Source: Candidatus Acidiferrales bacterium
Lineage (GTDB): Bacteria > Verrucomicrobiota > Verrucomicrobiia > Limisphaerales > UBA11358
NCBI GenBank assembly: GCA_035482455.1
Contig: DATHQS010000221.1
Coordinates: 1-49,831 of the forward strand
Direction of reading: 5' to 3'
Length of the DNA stretch: 49,831 nucleotides
Shown: positions 40,839 through 49,800 of the stretch, piece by piece
Layout of the letters: each line of letters opens with the position of its first letter
How positions within the stretch are numbered: the first letter of the stretch is position 1
The notes under the pieces: model-generated
What the model was told of the DNA's origin: nothing
Databases searched by the model: none
What the model saw: the letters and a program-made list of their open reading frames with translations, nothing else
Program-made: the position numbers and the translations under genes

Positions 40839-41867
40839 CTATTTATAGGCCACGGCGGCGCTGGAAGGGCCGGCGAGGTGGATGACTTCAAAGCGTCTGA
40901 AGCCAACTTCGCCGCACCATTTGCGGAAGTCCGCGCCGGTGTAGTCGAAGGCGTCGCCGAATTCGATGAGCATGTTCAGGGACATGAGCAGGCCCTGAAC
41001 ATTCTCGCGGCGGGAATCGTCAATCAGCGCCTCGATGGCCACGAGGGCGCCACCAGGCGGCAAAGCGTCATAGGCGGCGCGGATGAGGTGCATCTTTTTC
41101 TCCAGGTTCCAGTCGTGCAGAATCATGCCCATGGTGATGACATCGGCCTTGGGCAGCGGGTCCTTGAAGAAATCACCCGAGGCGGTGCCGACGTGTCCGG
41201 CGAGGCCGGCGGCGGCGATGTGTTTTTTGGCGATGGGTTCGACCGGCGGCAGATCGAAGCTGGTGCATCGGAGGTGCGGATGTTTTTTTGCGGCTTCAAG
41301 ACAAAGCAGGCCGGTGGCGCCGCCAACGTCGCAGAGGGTTTTATATTTGGAGAAATCGAATTTCTCGGCGAAGGCTTCAAAGTTGATGCGGGAGATGCCC
41401 GTCATGGCGCCCATGAATTGTTCGAGCCGGGGCAGGTCGGAATAAAGTTCCTCGAAAATACCCCTGGCCCCGTGCTTGACCTCGTTTTGCGGCAGGCCGG
41501 TGCGGAGCGCCTCGGGCAGGTCATGCCAATACTTGAACAGCCGGGCATTGAGCATGATAAGAATACCGCCGACATAGCGCGGGCTTTTCTCATCGAGGAA
41601 CAGCGCGCCCTCGGGCGTGTTGAAATATTTTGAGGCCGGGCCGTCGCCTGCGCGGTCGAGGAATTTCATGGCGACCAGCGCGTCGAAAAAATCCGCGATG
41701 CCGCGCGGGTGGAGTTTCAACTCCGCGCCGAGCTCCGCACCGGTGAGCTGGCGGCCGGCGAGTTTGGTGAACACGCCAAATTCCACGGCGGTGAGCAGGA
41801 CTTTGGAGGACCAGAACGAAAAAGCGGTCTGGAGAATGGCATTGGGATTGGGAGTCTTGGCTTCCAT
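40839..41867 (-). CDS. Class I SAM-dependent O-methyltransferase (Methyltransf_2 with N-terminal dimerisation domain)
   Basis: LCDVGGATGLL (motif I), FDLPPV, GDFFKDPLPKADVITMGMILHDW, LPPGGALVAIE. Confidence 0.85.
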   Translation of the reverse strand: MEAKTPNPNAILQTAFSFWSSKVLLTAVEFGVFTKLAGRQLTGAELGAELKLHPRGIADFFDALVAMKFLDRAGDGPASKYFNTPEGALFLDEKSPRYVGGILIMLNARLFKYWHDLPEALRTGLPQNEVKHGARGIFEELYSDLPRLEQFMGAMTGISRINFEAFAEKFDFSKYKTLCDVGGATGLLCLEAAKKHPHLRCTSFDLPPVEPIAKKHIAAAGLAGHVGTASGDFFKDPLPKADVITMGMILHDWNLEKKMHLIRAAYDALPPGGALVAIEALIDDSRRENVQGLLMSLNMLIEFGDAFDYTGADFRKWCGEVGFRRFEVIHLAGPSSAAVAYK

Positions 41868-41950
41868 GGTTGAACAGTAAGGGGCGGCGGCGTGCCGGAG
41901 AAAGCCTTTTTACCGGATCAAAGCAGAAAAGAAACCGGGGGAAAGACCGG

Positions 41951-42391
41951 TCACCTCGGCGGCGGCGCGGGGACGAGGCCGTGTTTGGTCATCACCGCCT
42001 TGATCTTTTCCAGATCCGGCGGGCCGCCGGCATTGATGATGGCGGCCACCTCCCGGAAATACTCCGGCCCAATGAGGGCCGGGGTCACGACGGCAAGGGC
42101 CTTGGCGGCGGCCGGTTGCAGGTTGTTAAATCCATGCACGGCACCGCGCGGGATAAAACAGGAATCACCGGGGGCGATATCCACCGGCCAGCCGTTGACT
42201 GTGAATGTCATCACGCCTTCCAAGCCATAGATGGTTTCGTCGTAATGCGCGTGTGAATGGGGCGCGGGCACCTTTACGCTGGCGGGCACGGTGAATTCAA
42301 ACATCGCCAGCTGGCCGTCGGAGTCTTTGCTCTCGAGGAGGAAGCGGATTTCAATCTGCCCGGCACGGATGACTTCTTTGGTTTGTGACAT
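41951..42391 (-). CDS. Cupin-domain protein
   Basis: From ATG 42391: MSQTKEVIRAGQIEIRFL...PHSHAHYDETIYGLEGVMTFTVNG...GDSCFIPRGAVHGF. The 238-aa track ORF has an Arg/Pro-rich extension overlapping the next gene. Confidence 0.75.
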   Translation of the reverse strand: MSQTKEVIRAGQIEIRFLLESKDSDGQLAMFEFTVPASVKVPAPHSHAHYDETIYGLEGVMTFTVNGWPVDIAPGDSCFIPRGAVHGFNNLQPAAAKALAVVTPALIGPEYFREVAAIINAGGPPDLEKIKAVMTKHGLVPAPPPR

Positions 42392-42414
42392 AAACAATTC
42401 GATAGCAGGCTGCT

Positions 42415-42867
42415 TTACACACCGGGTGGCGGCAAAATTTCCAGGCCGTATTTCTGGGCGATGCCCATCACGCGCGGGATGTCCGACTGCTGCTGCGGGC
42501 TGAGCGCGCCGATCTCCTCGAAGAAGCCCTCGAAACCGGACGGATTGATGACGCACATGAGGCGGCCGGGCGTCTGGCCGAGGTAACGGTAGGTGTGCGG
42601 TACGCCGCGGGGCGCAAAAATGGTCGCGCCCTTTTTGGCGGTGAAGGTTTTGCCACCGACGGTCCACTCGTATTCGCCCTCAAGAATCTGGAAGGTCTCG
42701 TCTTCGCGGTGATGGATGTGCGGCGGCGGACCGCCGCCGGGGACATCGTGCGATTCAACCACGCTGACCGTGCCGCCGGTGTCACGGCCGTGGATGCGGA
42801 TGAGCATCGGGATGCCAAGGATGTTGACCGCCTTGCCGCCGTCGTTGGGGACCTGGATGGGGTTCAT
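42415..42867 (-). CDS. Cupin-domain protein (tandem paralogue)
   Basis: GGGPPPHIHHREDETFQILEGEYEWTVGGKTFTAKKGATIFAPRGVPHTY. Confidence 0.8.
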   Translation of the reverse strand: MNPIQVPNDGGKAVNILGIPMLIRIHGRDTGGTVSVVESHDVPGGGPPPHIHHREDETFQILEGEYEWTVGGKTFTAKKGATIFAPRGVPHTYRYLGQTPGRLMCVINPSGFEGFFEEIGALSPQQQSDIPRVMGIAQKYGLEILPPPGV

Positions 42868-43024
42868 ATTATTTTAACAGACGCGGCAGGGATGTTCTTC
42901 ATGCGCAGGCAGATTGGCAAGCTGGCAATTACAACGCAACACACTGCCTTCTACAGTTAATCAAGAAAACCAATACCGTGCCTGGAATCATGGCTTTTTC
43001 GGCAAATGGCCCTATGTTGTCGCC

Positions 43025-43246
43025 ATGCATTTAGAGACGGTTCTCCGCATTGTTTTCGGCACGCTGTTTATCGCGACGCTGGTCGGCGGATATTTTCTGT
43101 TCAAGAATTATGACCGGCTGCTTGGCCCGGATCCGTCGATCCCCAGTGACAACGAGGGCTCGCGCGGCTTGAACAAGGTCCAGGTCATCGTGATCTGGCT
43201 GCATCTGGCCGGCATCACCGGCGGTTTCGCCCTGCTGCTCCATTAG
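43025..43246 (+). CDS. Small two-TM membrane protein (hypothetical)
   Basis: From ATG 43025: MHLETVLRIVFGTLFIATLVGGYFLF...VQVIVIWLHLAGITGGFALLLH. No homology recognised; start uncertain. Confidence 0.4.
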   Translation: MHLETVLRIVFGTLFIATLVGGYFLFKNYDRLLGPDPSIPSDNEGSRGLNKVQVIVIWLHLAGITGGFALLLH

Positions 43247-43281
43247 GTCATCCGCGGCGCGGTGAACCGCGCTCCGCCGTT

Positions 43282-44379
43282 TCAACCACGCTTGTTGAAA
43301 GCGCGGTGGGCCACGCGGTCGCTCTTTTTGCGGGTCTGCCAGCCGGCCTGTTTTTTGGCTTCGCGCAGGTGGCCGATCTCAAGCTGGAGTTTGACGAAGC
43401 TTTCATGGCGATCGCGCGGGAGCGTCCCGGCGGCAAGGGCGGCGAGCACGGCGCAATCCTTCTCCTTCGTGTGGGTGCAATCGCGGAAATGGCATTGCTG
43501 CGCGAGCGCCTCGATTTCGGGAAAGGTTTCCTTGGAGCCTTCGGTTGCGCCCCAGAGATGAAACTCCCGCATGCCGGGCGTGTCGATGACCACGCCGCCA
43601 TCCGGCAAGAAAATCATTTCGCGCCAGGAGGTGGTGTGCCGGCCCTTGGCGTCGGCCTCGCGGACTTCGATCGTCGCCTGCAGTTCTTCGCCATAAAGCC
43701 GGTTGATGAGGCTCGATTTGCCGACGCCGGAAGTGCCGATGAAAGCGACGGTATCGCCGGGCTTGATGAGCGACTGGAGTTTTTTCACGCCGCGCCCGGT
43801 GAGCGCACAGGCCGCCAGCACCAGCGCATCGCCCGCCGCCTCGGTGGCCTCGGCCAGCTTGGCCTCAAGGTTCTCGCACAAATCTATCTTGTTGAGGATC
43901 ACCACCGGGCGGGCGCCGCTTTCATGGCCCATGACGAGCATCCGTTCGAGGCGGGCGGCATTGAAGCTGGCATCGGCGGCGGTCACGAGGAACACCGTTT
44001 CGATGTTGGTGGCAAGAATCTGCGCGGCGGTGTTGCGGCCGGTCGTTTTGCGGGTGATCTGGGTTCGGCGCGGCAGAATGGCCTGGATGGTGGCTTTCGG
44101 TTCGTTCGGCACGGGTTTCACCGCGACCCAATCGCCGACCTTGGGGAGTTTGGTGTGATCGCCGCGGGCCTCGTGCATGGCCTTGCCGGTGATCTGCGCG
44201 GAGAGTTCGGCTTCGACGGTCCAGACGCGGTAGAAATGCTTGTCCTCCACGGCCACGCGGGCGGGGATGAGACCCTTGGCAAGATACGGCGCGAACTGCG
44301 CGTCGCGCTCCGCGTTCCAGCCGAGCTTGGTCAGGCCTGCGAACGCCGGGTTGATGGCATCAGGCATCTCAGCGGCCAT
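43282..44379 (-). CDS. rsgA: Ribosome small-subunit-dependent GTPase A
   Basis: Circularly permuted GTPase: ILNKIDL (G4) before GTSGVGKSSLINRL (G1). DTPGMREF. C-terminal zinc knuckle CHFRDCTHTKEKDCAV. Confidence 0.9.
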   Translation of the reverse strand: MAAEMPDAINPAFAGLTKLGWNAERDAQFAPYLAKGLIPARVAVEDKHFYRVWTVEAELSAQITGKAMHEARGDHTKLPKVGDWVAVKPVPNEPKATIQAILPRRTQITRKTTGRNTAAQILATNIETVFLVTAADASFNAARLERMLVMGHESGARPVVILNKIDLCENLEAKLAEATEAAGDALVLAACALTGRGVKKLQSLIKPGDTVAFIGTSGVGKSSLINRLYGEELQATIEVREADAKGRHTTSWREMIFLPDGGVVIDTPGMREFHLWGATEGSKETFPEIEALAQQCHFRDCTHTKEKDCAVLAALAAGTLPRDRHESFVKLQLEIGHLREAKKQAGWQTRKKSDRVAHRAFNKRG

Positions 44380-44525
44380 AATTGCCCGGCGCGGCGGTGG
44401 TCAAAACGTGCGGCATCCCTGAATGGAAGCGATTGCGGGGCGCGGCGTCAACGCGGGAATCGATCGAACGGTTTGGAAATGCCGGTGACAAGTCCGGAAA
44501 GAAAGCTTAAACTTCCATTGCGCGA

Positions 44526-44735
44526 ATGAAAAACCGTGTTCAAACGATGGATGCCGCCAAAGCCCGGCGCTGGGCGCGCCGTCTGTCAGCACGGGTCGCA
44601 AAAGTTCTGGCCACCCATCCTCACGCCGATCCCGACAATGTCCGCCATACTTTGATTTTGCTGGAACAACCGCCGTTGGAACGATTGCAAAGGAGCCTGA
44701 TCCGTGGCCGCGTATTACAATTGACGCGGTGGTAG
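44526..44735 (+). CDS. Small hypothetical protein (69 aa)
   Basis: ATG start, plausible helical composition (...DPDNVRHTLILLEQPPLERLQRSLIRGR...), 40 nt upstream of the next + strand gene. No family recognised. Confidence 0.35.
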   Translation: MKNRVQTMDAAKARRWARRLSARVAKVLATHPHADPDNVRHTLILLEQPPLERLQRSLIRGRVLQLTRW

Positions 44736-44775
44736 AGATGAAAATGCAGATGGAAAAGTTGGTTGGTAAATAATT

Positions 44776-46056
44776 ATGGGAGCCGAACGAGTACCTTGCC
44801 GGACGGAAGGTTGTAATAACACGATTCTTCCCGAGACAGCCAAAGCCAATGATGGTCATTGCATGCCGTGTGTCCTTAAACGGCAGCGGCAGGAACGAGA
44901 AGAATACATCCGGAAAAATAGGCGTGAAGTGAATCCGTATGCGGGCATAACTGACGCAGTTGAAATAATTCGTGTCATGCACACACGCAGAGTCCGTGAC
45001 CCGCTGATCGTATTCAGCCCATGCCCGAGGTCCGCAGAGGAACTCTATTCCAAATTGAACGCTGACCAAGCCGGTCGGTTGATGACGATGGCGGCAAATG
45101 AAATGCGTACCGGAAATGAAGACTTCGCAAAAGATGTTGCGAAATCACTCGCCACACTCACGGACTACCCGCTCGACGACATGTTAGATGCGTGGATTGG
45201 CCGAAACCAATTTTGGCCTGCAGTCATTTTCCGAGGAGCAGGCGCTAGAATCAGAAATGCTGTGATAAGTGCGCTTGAGTTGCGAAAAGCGAATGCAAAT
45301 CATGCCCTCTCCGCGTTAGCCTGGATTGGCGACACCACGGTTCAGGAGTTATTTCACCGTTGGGAAGCCAAACCGCCATATTGGCGCAGCGGGCTGTGCG
45401 TTGGGCCAGCCCACTATGCAAATGTCGCCGGCTGGGAGTTGGACGCAAACAAAAAACGGAATCTGTTCCACGATGAATGCTGGGCCATTACGCCCACGCG
45501 GGCGGATGAAATATCTGACAAGTCTTTGCGACTCATGTATGAAGTTGAACAGAGCTGTCCTTGGTGCCAGCGAAAACTGATCCATCTCGCTGAATTGAAT
45601 CTTACTGATGAACGTTTTGCTTTCCTTGGAGCATCAGGAGAAAAGCTGCCCATCCTTACGTGTGATGCTTGTACCTGCTATGGAACCGGATTCATGTTTT
45701 CACGAATTGCGCCTGACGGAACTGCGCGATTAGCGGATGAAAATAAGCGCCCCGATTGGCTGCCTAAGGACGCAAGCACATGGGGGCGCAGTCCGTGGAA
45801 AGATGTGCCAGTCCGCCTGCATCAACGGAGCGCAATCCATGCAGTTGACTGGTGCATGCCCGTTTCAATTTCACAAATCGGAGGATTACCAGCTTGGGTG
45901 CAAGACTCCGCATTCCCCAAATGCCCCGATTGTTCAGGAACGATGAAGTTTGTAGCCCAGGTCGATAATGGGCAATTTCCTTCTCACGAAGGCGTTTACT
46001 ACGCATTTCTATGTGCTTCCTGTCGTGTCACAGCGACAACCTACCAACAAACTTAA
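44776..46056 (+). CDS. Zn-ribbon-containing protein with a DUF1963/YwqG-like C-terminal region (tentative)
   Basis: CRTEGCNN...GHCMPCV N-terminal ribbon. CPWCQRKL...LTCDACTC. C-terminus IGGLPAWVQDSAFPKCPDCSGTMKFVAQVDNG...GVYYAFLCASC resembles the DUF1963 signature. The region is A/T-richer by eye. Confidence 0.55.
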   Translation: MGAERVPCRTEGCNNTILPETAKANDGHCMPCVLKRQRQEREEYIRKNRREVNPYAGITDAVEIIRVMHTRRVRDPLIVFSPCPRSAEELYSKLNADQAGRLMTMAANEMRTGNEDFAKDVAKSLATLTDYPLDDMLDAWIGRNQFWPAVIFRGAGARIRNAVISALELRKANANHALSALAWIGDTTVQELFHRWEAKPPYWRSGLCVGPAHYANVAGWELDANKKRNLFHDECWAITPTRADEISDKSLRLMYEVEQSCPWCQRKLIHLAELNLTDERFAFLGASGEKLPILTCDACTCYGTGFMFSRIAPDGTARLADENKRPDWLPKDASTWGRSPWKDVPVRLHQRSAIHAVDWCMPVSISQIGGLPAWVQDSAFPKCPDCSGTMKFVAQVDNGQFPSHEGVYYAFLCASCRVTATTYQQT

Positions 46057-46119
46057 AGTTAGTTTGTGCGGCTGCAGCAAAGCCCCCGCGCGGCGCAAAA
46101 ATGCTCGTGCACTTAGAGC

Positions 46120-46782
46120 CTACGGTAACGGCTCGATTGTGATATTGCGAAACTCCACCGGTTTGCCCTCGGCCTGCAAACCGATCGTGCCGGAACTGAC
46201 GGAGGCGCCGGAAATCTCGTTTTGCAGGACGCCATTGACGCGGACGGTCACGGTATTGCTGCGGCAGAGGATTTCGTAGGAATTCCATTCGCCAACGGGC
46301 TTTTCCGAGCTGGGCTGACGGCGGGGGAAGCTTTTGGCATCGGGTGTGGCCAAATTATCCGCGTGGGAACCACCGTTGAGCCGGATTTCGCCGGCACTGC
46401 CGGACAGCAACTGCGCCTCGAAACACATCGGCCAGACCTTGTCCGGCGGATTGATGTGCAGAAACACACCGCTATTGCCGGGGCCGGCCGGGAAGCGCCA
46501 TTCGGCGTGCAGTTTGTAGTCGTGATAGGACTGGAGCGTGCGCGCGTAGCCGTTCGGCTTGCCAAGACAGGCGATGACACCGTTGGTCACGGACCAGATG
46601 GATTCCGCGGGCGTATTGGTATCTTTGGAAACAAAGGTCCAGCCGGAAAAGCTTTTGCCATCGAAAAGTTCGATCTTGCCCGACGGAGTAATGGAGGTTG
46701 TGGCGGGTTGCGCGGACAGGGAATGGGCGGCGGTCATCAAAGATAAAATCGCGAGCCACAAGGGACGGGAAAATGATTTCAT
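46120..46782 (-). CDS. DUF1080 (3-keto-disaccharide hydrolase-like) secreted protein
   Basis: From ATG 46782: signal MKSFSRPLWLAILSLMTAAHSLSA, then LFDGKSFSGWTF...W.V.NGVI...GYARTLQSYHDYKLHAEWRF...NSGVFLH...EAQLL...NTVTVRVNGVL...GTIGLQAEGKPVEFRNITI. Confidence 0.8.
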   Translation of the reverse strand: MKSFSRPLWLAILSLMTAAHSLSAQPATTSITPSGKIELFDGKSFSGWTFVSKDTNTPAESIWSVTNGVIACLGKPNGYARTLQSYHDYKLHAEWRFPAGPGNSGVFLHINPPDKVWPMCFEAQLLSGSAGEIRLNGGSHADNLATPDAKSFPRRQPSSEKPVGEWNSYEILCRSNTVTVRVNGVLQNEISGASVSSGTIGLQAEGKPVEFRNITIEPLP

Positions 46783-46900
46783 GAGGGGAGATTGCCGGTG
46801 AGGTGGACGGAGGGCAATCCGGATGTTTGTTGGAGGAAACAACCTCATGGTGCAGAAGGCTTGATTCGCGAAAGGAAAAGAGGAAACTCGTTTCGCCATC

Positions 46901-47908
46901 ATGAACCCGAGCCGCCGATATGCCTATAACCTGCCGTGGCGCCTGATGCTCATGGGCACGGCCGGCTATGCGGGGCTGTCCTTTTTCATGGCTCACTTGG
47001 CAGCACAGACTGCAAGCGTGTTTTTCGTGATTATGAGCGCCTTGAGCGTGATGTTCGGCTTCTTTGCATTCGTCGTGCTGACGCGCCGTCTTGTGTTTCC
47101 CCGCACGCTGGAATTGACCGAGGACGCGATTTTGTATCCGCACGGATTTCCGCGGACGCGGGTCACGCGCATCCCCTACGCTAACATCATATTGATGAGG
47201 GACGGGGCGGTCAGTCCAAACATGAGTTTCTGCGTGGTCACGGGGGCGGGAGATTTTGAGATCATGGGGATCCGGTTCACTGATATGGAAAGCTATCGTG
47301 ACGCGAAAGATTTTATTCAGGCACGGGCCGCGGCCAAAATGGCCAGCCCCGAGGAACGGGAGAAAATTTCGGCGGCGTTTCCGGAGCCTATCATGGAACC
47401 GGAAGACTGGCCCCGTTACCGGAGGCATCTGGTCATCTCCAAGCCGTTATTGCCGCGCCTGGGTAAAGCACTCTGGTTTGCCATCCGTTGCCTGGGCGTG
47501 TTCTCCATTCCATGGCTCCTTTTGCAAGCGTTGCTACTACCCACCATATCATTCACCGGATTCCTTGGCGTTTGCATGCCGGTCACATTTTTCTTCACCT
47601 GTCTGTATTGGGGCTATGCCACTCACCCTGTACGTGTCTCCAGAATCACCATGCTGGGCAATGGTATCAGCGTGCTTTCCGGGTTGCAGACCTGGAATTG
47701 GAGCTACCGCGATTTTTCAAGCTGGGCCATGATTGACCGGGAGTTTGAAGGACGCACGCTGTACATCGTGCTGTTGGAACGGCGGCCTGATTACGTGGTC
47801 TCGTTCACTTTGCCGGATGGCATCACTCGTGAGCGGTTCGTGGGGATCTTTCGTGATAAAAAAATCCCGGAATCGCCCGGCCTCAAGCCGGCTTGGGAAG
47901 AGCGGTGA
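46901..47908 (+). CDS. Membrane protein with an internally duplicated (TM pair + PH-like soluble module) architecture
   Basis: Two similar halves, each with two hydrophobic helices followed by about 80 soluble residues (LELTEDAILYPHGFPRTRVTRIPYANIILM... / VSRITMLGNGISVLSGLQTWNWSYRDFSSWAMI...). Family not assigned. Confidence 0.55.
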   Translation: MNPSRRYAYNLPWRLMLMGTAGYAGLSFFMAHLAAQTASVFFVIMSALSVMFGFFAFVVLTRRLVFPRTLELTEDAILYPHGFPRTRVTRIPYANIILMRDGAVSPNMSFCVVTGAGDFEIMGIRFTDMESYRDAKDFIQARAAAKMASPEEREKISAAFPEPIMEPEDWPRYRRHLVISKPLLPRLGKALWFAIRCLGVFSIPWLLLQALLLPTISFTGFLGVCMPVTFFFTCLYWGYATHPVRVSRITMLGNGISVLSGLQTWNWSYRDFSSWAMIDREFEGRTLYIVLLERRPDYVVSFTLPDGITRERFVGIFRDKKIPESPGLKPAWEER

Positions 47909-47968
47909 TCATCGGCCGGCGCAGACAAACCCGGGAAGACCGGGGCTTTGGAAACGGCCTGAAATCCT

Positions 47969-49333
47969 TCACGCCAGCTTGCCGTATTTGCGGATCTGCG
48001 GCCAGAGCCAGGCCACGGCGAGCACCACGAGGATCGTCCCGATGCCGCCGGTCACGGTGGATATGATGGCGCCGGTCGCGTGCGCATTGCCCAACACCGT
48101 CGGGGTCGTGAAAAAAAACGCGACGATGCCGGAACGGAAGCCGCCAAGTTCGTTCGAGGTGCCGATGAACAGGCTGTTGACCGCCGAGACACGGCCGCGC
48201 TTTTCATCCGGCGTCAAAATCTGCACCAGCGTCTGCCGCACCACCACGCTGATGTTGTCCACGAAACCCGCCAACGCCAGCATCGCAAACGCGGTCCAGA
48301 ACCAGAGGCTGTTGGGCAAATCGATCCAGCGGCCCAGGCAGTTCTGGTTCGCCAGGCCGAAGGCGATGGTGGCCACGCCAAAGATGGCCACCGACCATAA
48401 CAGGGCTTTGCCCGCCTTTTGCATCGGCGGACGGTGCGCCATGAGGAACGCGCAGATCACGGCGCCGATCGCCATCGAATTCCGCAGCCAGCCCAGGCCG
48501 CCCGGGCCGACGTGGTAGATGTCATCCGCAAACATCGGCAGGATCGTCACCGCGCCCCCGAGGAGCACCGCAAACAGGTCGAGCGAGATGACACCGAGGA
48601 TGATTTTATTTTGATAAACAAAACGGAAGCCCTCGACGAGGCTGTGCACGGAAATGGGTTCCGCCGGCCTGACCTTGTGGATGTGGCGGATCGGCACCAC
48701 CAGCGCGAAACAAACGAGGGATGCCAGGATGTTCAACGCGTAGACCGGCCAGGCCGTGCTGTGTTCCTCCGCATGCGGCGTCAGGGCGATCACCGCGCCG
48801 AACACCACCGGCCCCAGCACCGCTGACAATTGAAAAGCCCCGCTGTTAAACGTCACCGCGCGGGCGAATTCACCGCGGGGCACCAGGCTGGTGACGAACG
48901 CCGCGCTCGCCGGCCACAGAAACGTCCGCGCCGCGCCCAGGATGAACAGGCAGATGTAGATCCAGATGACGTTCAGGGCCAGCACGGACATCAGGGTCAG
49001 CCCCAGGCTGCACGCGGCCACGATCAATGTCGTGATCAGGATGATTTTTTTTCGGTTGAAGGTGTCGGCGAAATGACCGGCCGGCACGGTGCAAAGGATC
49101 ATCGGGATCATCAGCGACAAGCCCACCAGCGCCAGCGGCAGCGCCGAATGTGTGCGCTGGTACAGTTCCCAATCGATGGCGACCACGAGCATCTGCTGCC
49201 CCAATGACGCGACAAACCGGCCGATGAGGTAACGGGTAAAATTCGCGTTCCGCAGAACGGAATAGGCGCCCGGGGTCGCGGGCCTGGTCACCGGCTCATC
49301 GGGCAAATTTTCTGGCGATTCGGAATCGTGCAT
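47969..49333 (-). CDS. MFS transporter (EntS/MFS_3-like)
   Basis: FTRYLIGRFVASLGQQMLVVAIDWELY..., about 12 TM segments. The track start is TTG 49351; I prefer ATG 49333. Confidence 0.85.
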   Translation of the reverse strand: MHDSESPENLPDEPVTRPATPGAYSVLRNANFTRYLIGRFVASLGQQMLVVAIDWELYQRTHSALPLALVGLSLMIPMILCTVPAGHFADTFNRKKIILITTLIVAACSLGLTLMSVLALNVIWIYICLFILGAARTFLWPASAAFVTSLVPRGEFARAVTFNSGAFQLSAVLGPVVFGAVIALTPHAEEHSTAWPVYALNILASLVCFALVVPIRHIHKVRPAEPISVHSLVEGFRFVYQNKIILGVISLDLFAVLLGGAVTILPMFADDIYHVGPGGLGWLRNSMAIGAVICAFLMAHRPPMQKAGKALLWSVAIFGVATIAFGLANQNCLGRWIDLPNSLWFWTAFAMLALAGFVDNISVVVRQTLVQILTPDEKRGRVSAVNSLFIGTSNELGGFRSGIVAFFFTTPTVLGNAHATGAIISTVTGGIGTILVVLAVAWLWPQIRKYGKLA

Positions 49334-49458
49334 GAAAACAACGGCGGTCAAATTAGCCGAAAAACCGGCCTGGTCGAGATTTGTCGCAGGTGAACGGACC
49401 CTTGTCTCCGGCGTTCAACTCTTTTCTTCGCGGAAGCGGTGTGCGAGACTGGCTTTGC

Positions 49459-49650
49459 ATGAACGAGCCTGAAAACAACCTGCCGACCGGCGATGCCACG
49501 CCGCGCAAATATCGCTGGCCGTGGTTTTTTTGGGGGGCGGTCGTGCTGTTCATTGCGCTGGCGGTTTTCGCGGTGGCCTTTGCGGCGCACCGGATCGCGA
49601 CCGAGCGGGATACCAATGCGCCGCTGCCGGGCACGGCGCCGATGAGGTAG
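49459..49650 (+). CDS. Small single-TM protein (hypothetical)
   Basis: MNEPENNLPTGDATPRKYRWPWFFWGAVVLFIALAVFAVAFAA... Weak support: ORF plus TM only. Confidence 0.3.
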   Translation: MNEPENNLPTGDATPRKYRWPWFFWGAVVLFIALAVFAVAFAAHRIATERDTNAPLPGTAPMR

Positions 49651-49735
49651 GGGTGTTCAAGGGCGGAAGAAGCAAGGTTAGTTTTGTTGTCCGTCCTCAC
49701 CCCATCCCTCTCCTTGTATCTTCTAAATCGTCCTG

Positions 49736-49800
49736 CTTGGCAGGCTTGCGAAAGCCAGCCAAGCTGGGGCCGCCCTCCGGCCTGCAGGCCGGAGGGCGGC
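49736..49800. repeat. Two adjacent strong hairpins, the second a perfect 32-nt palindrome
   Basis: CTTGGCAGGCTT-GCGA-AAGCCAGCCAAG (49736..49763, one mismatch, GNRA-type loop) and GCCGCCCTCCGGCC-TGCA-GGCCGGAGGGCGGC (49769..49800, perfect). Confidence 0.7.

Noticed and set aside
44401-45069. 222-aa minus-strand ORF
   Set aside because: It overlaps two better-supported + strand ORFs (44526..44735 and 44776..46056), has no motifs and has odd composition.
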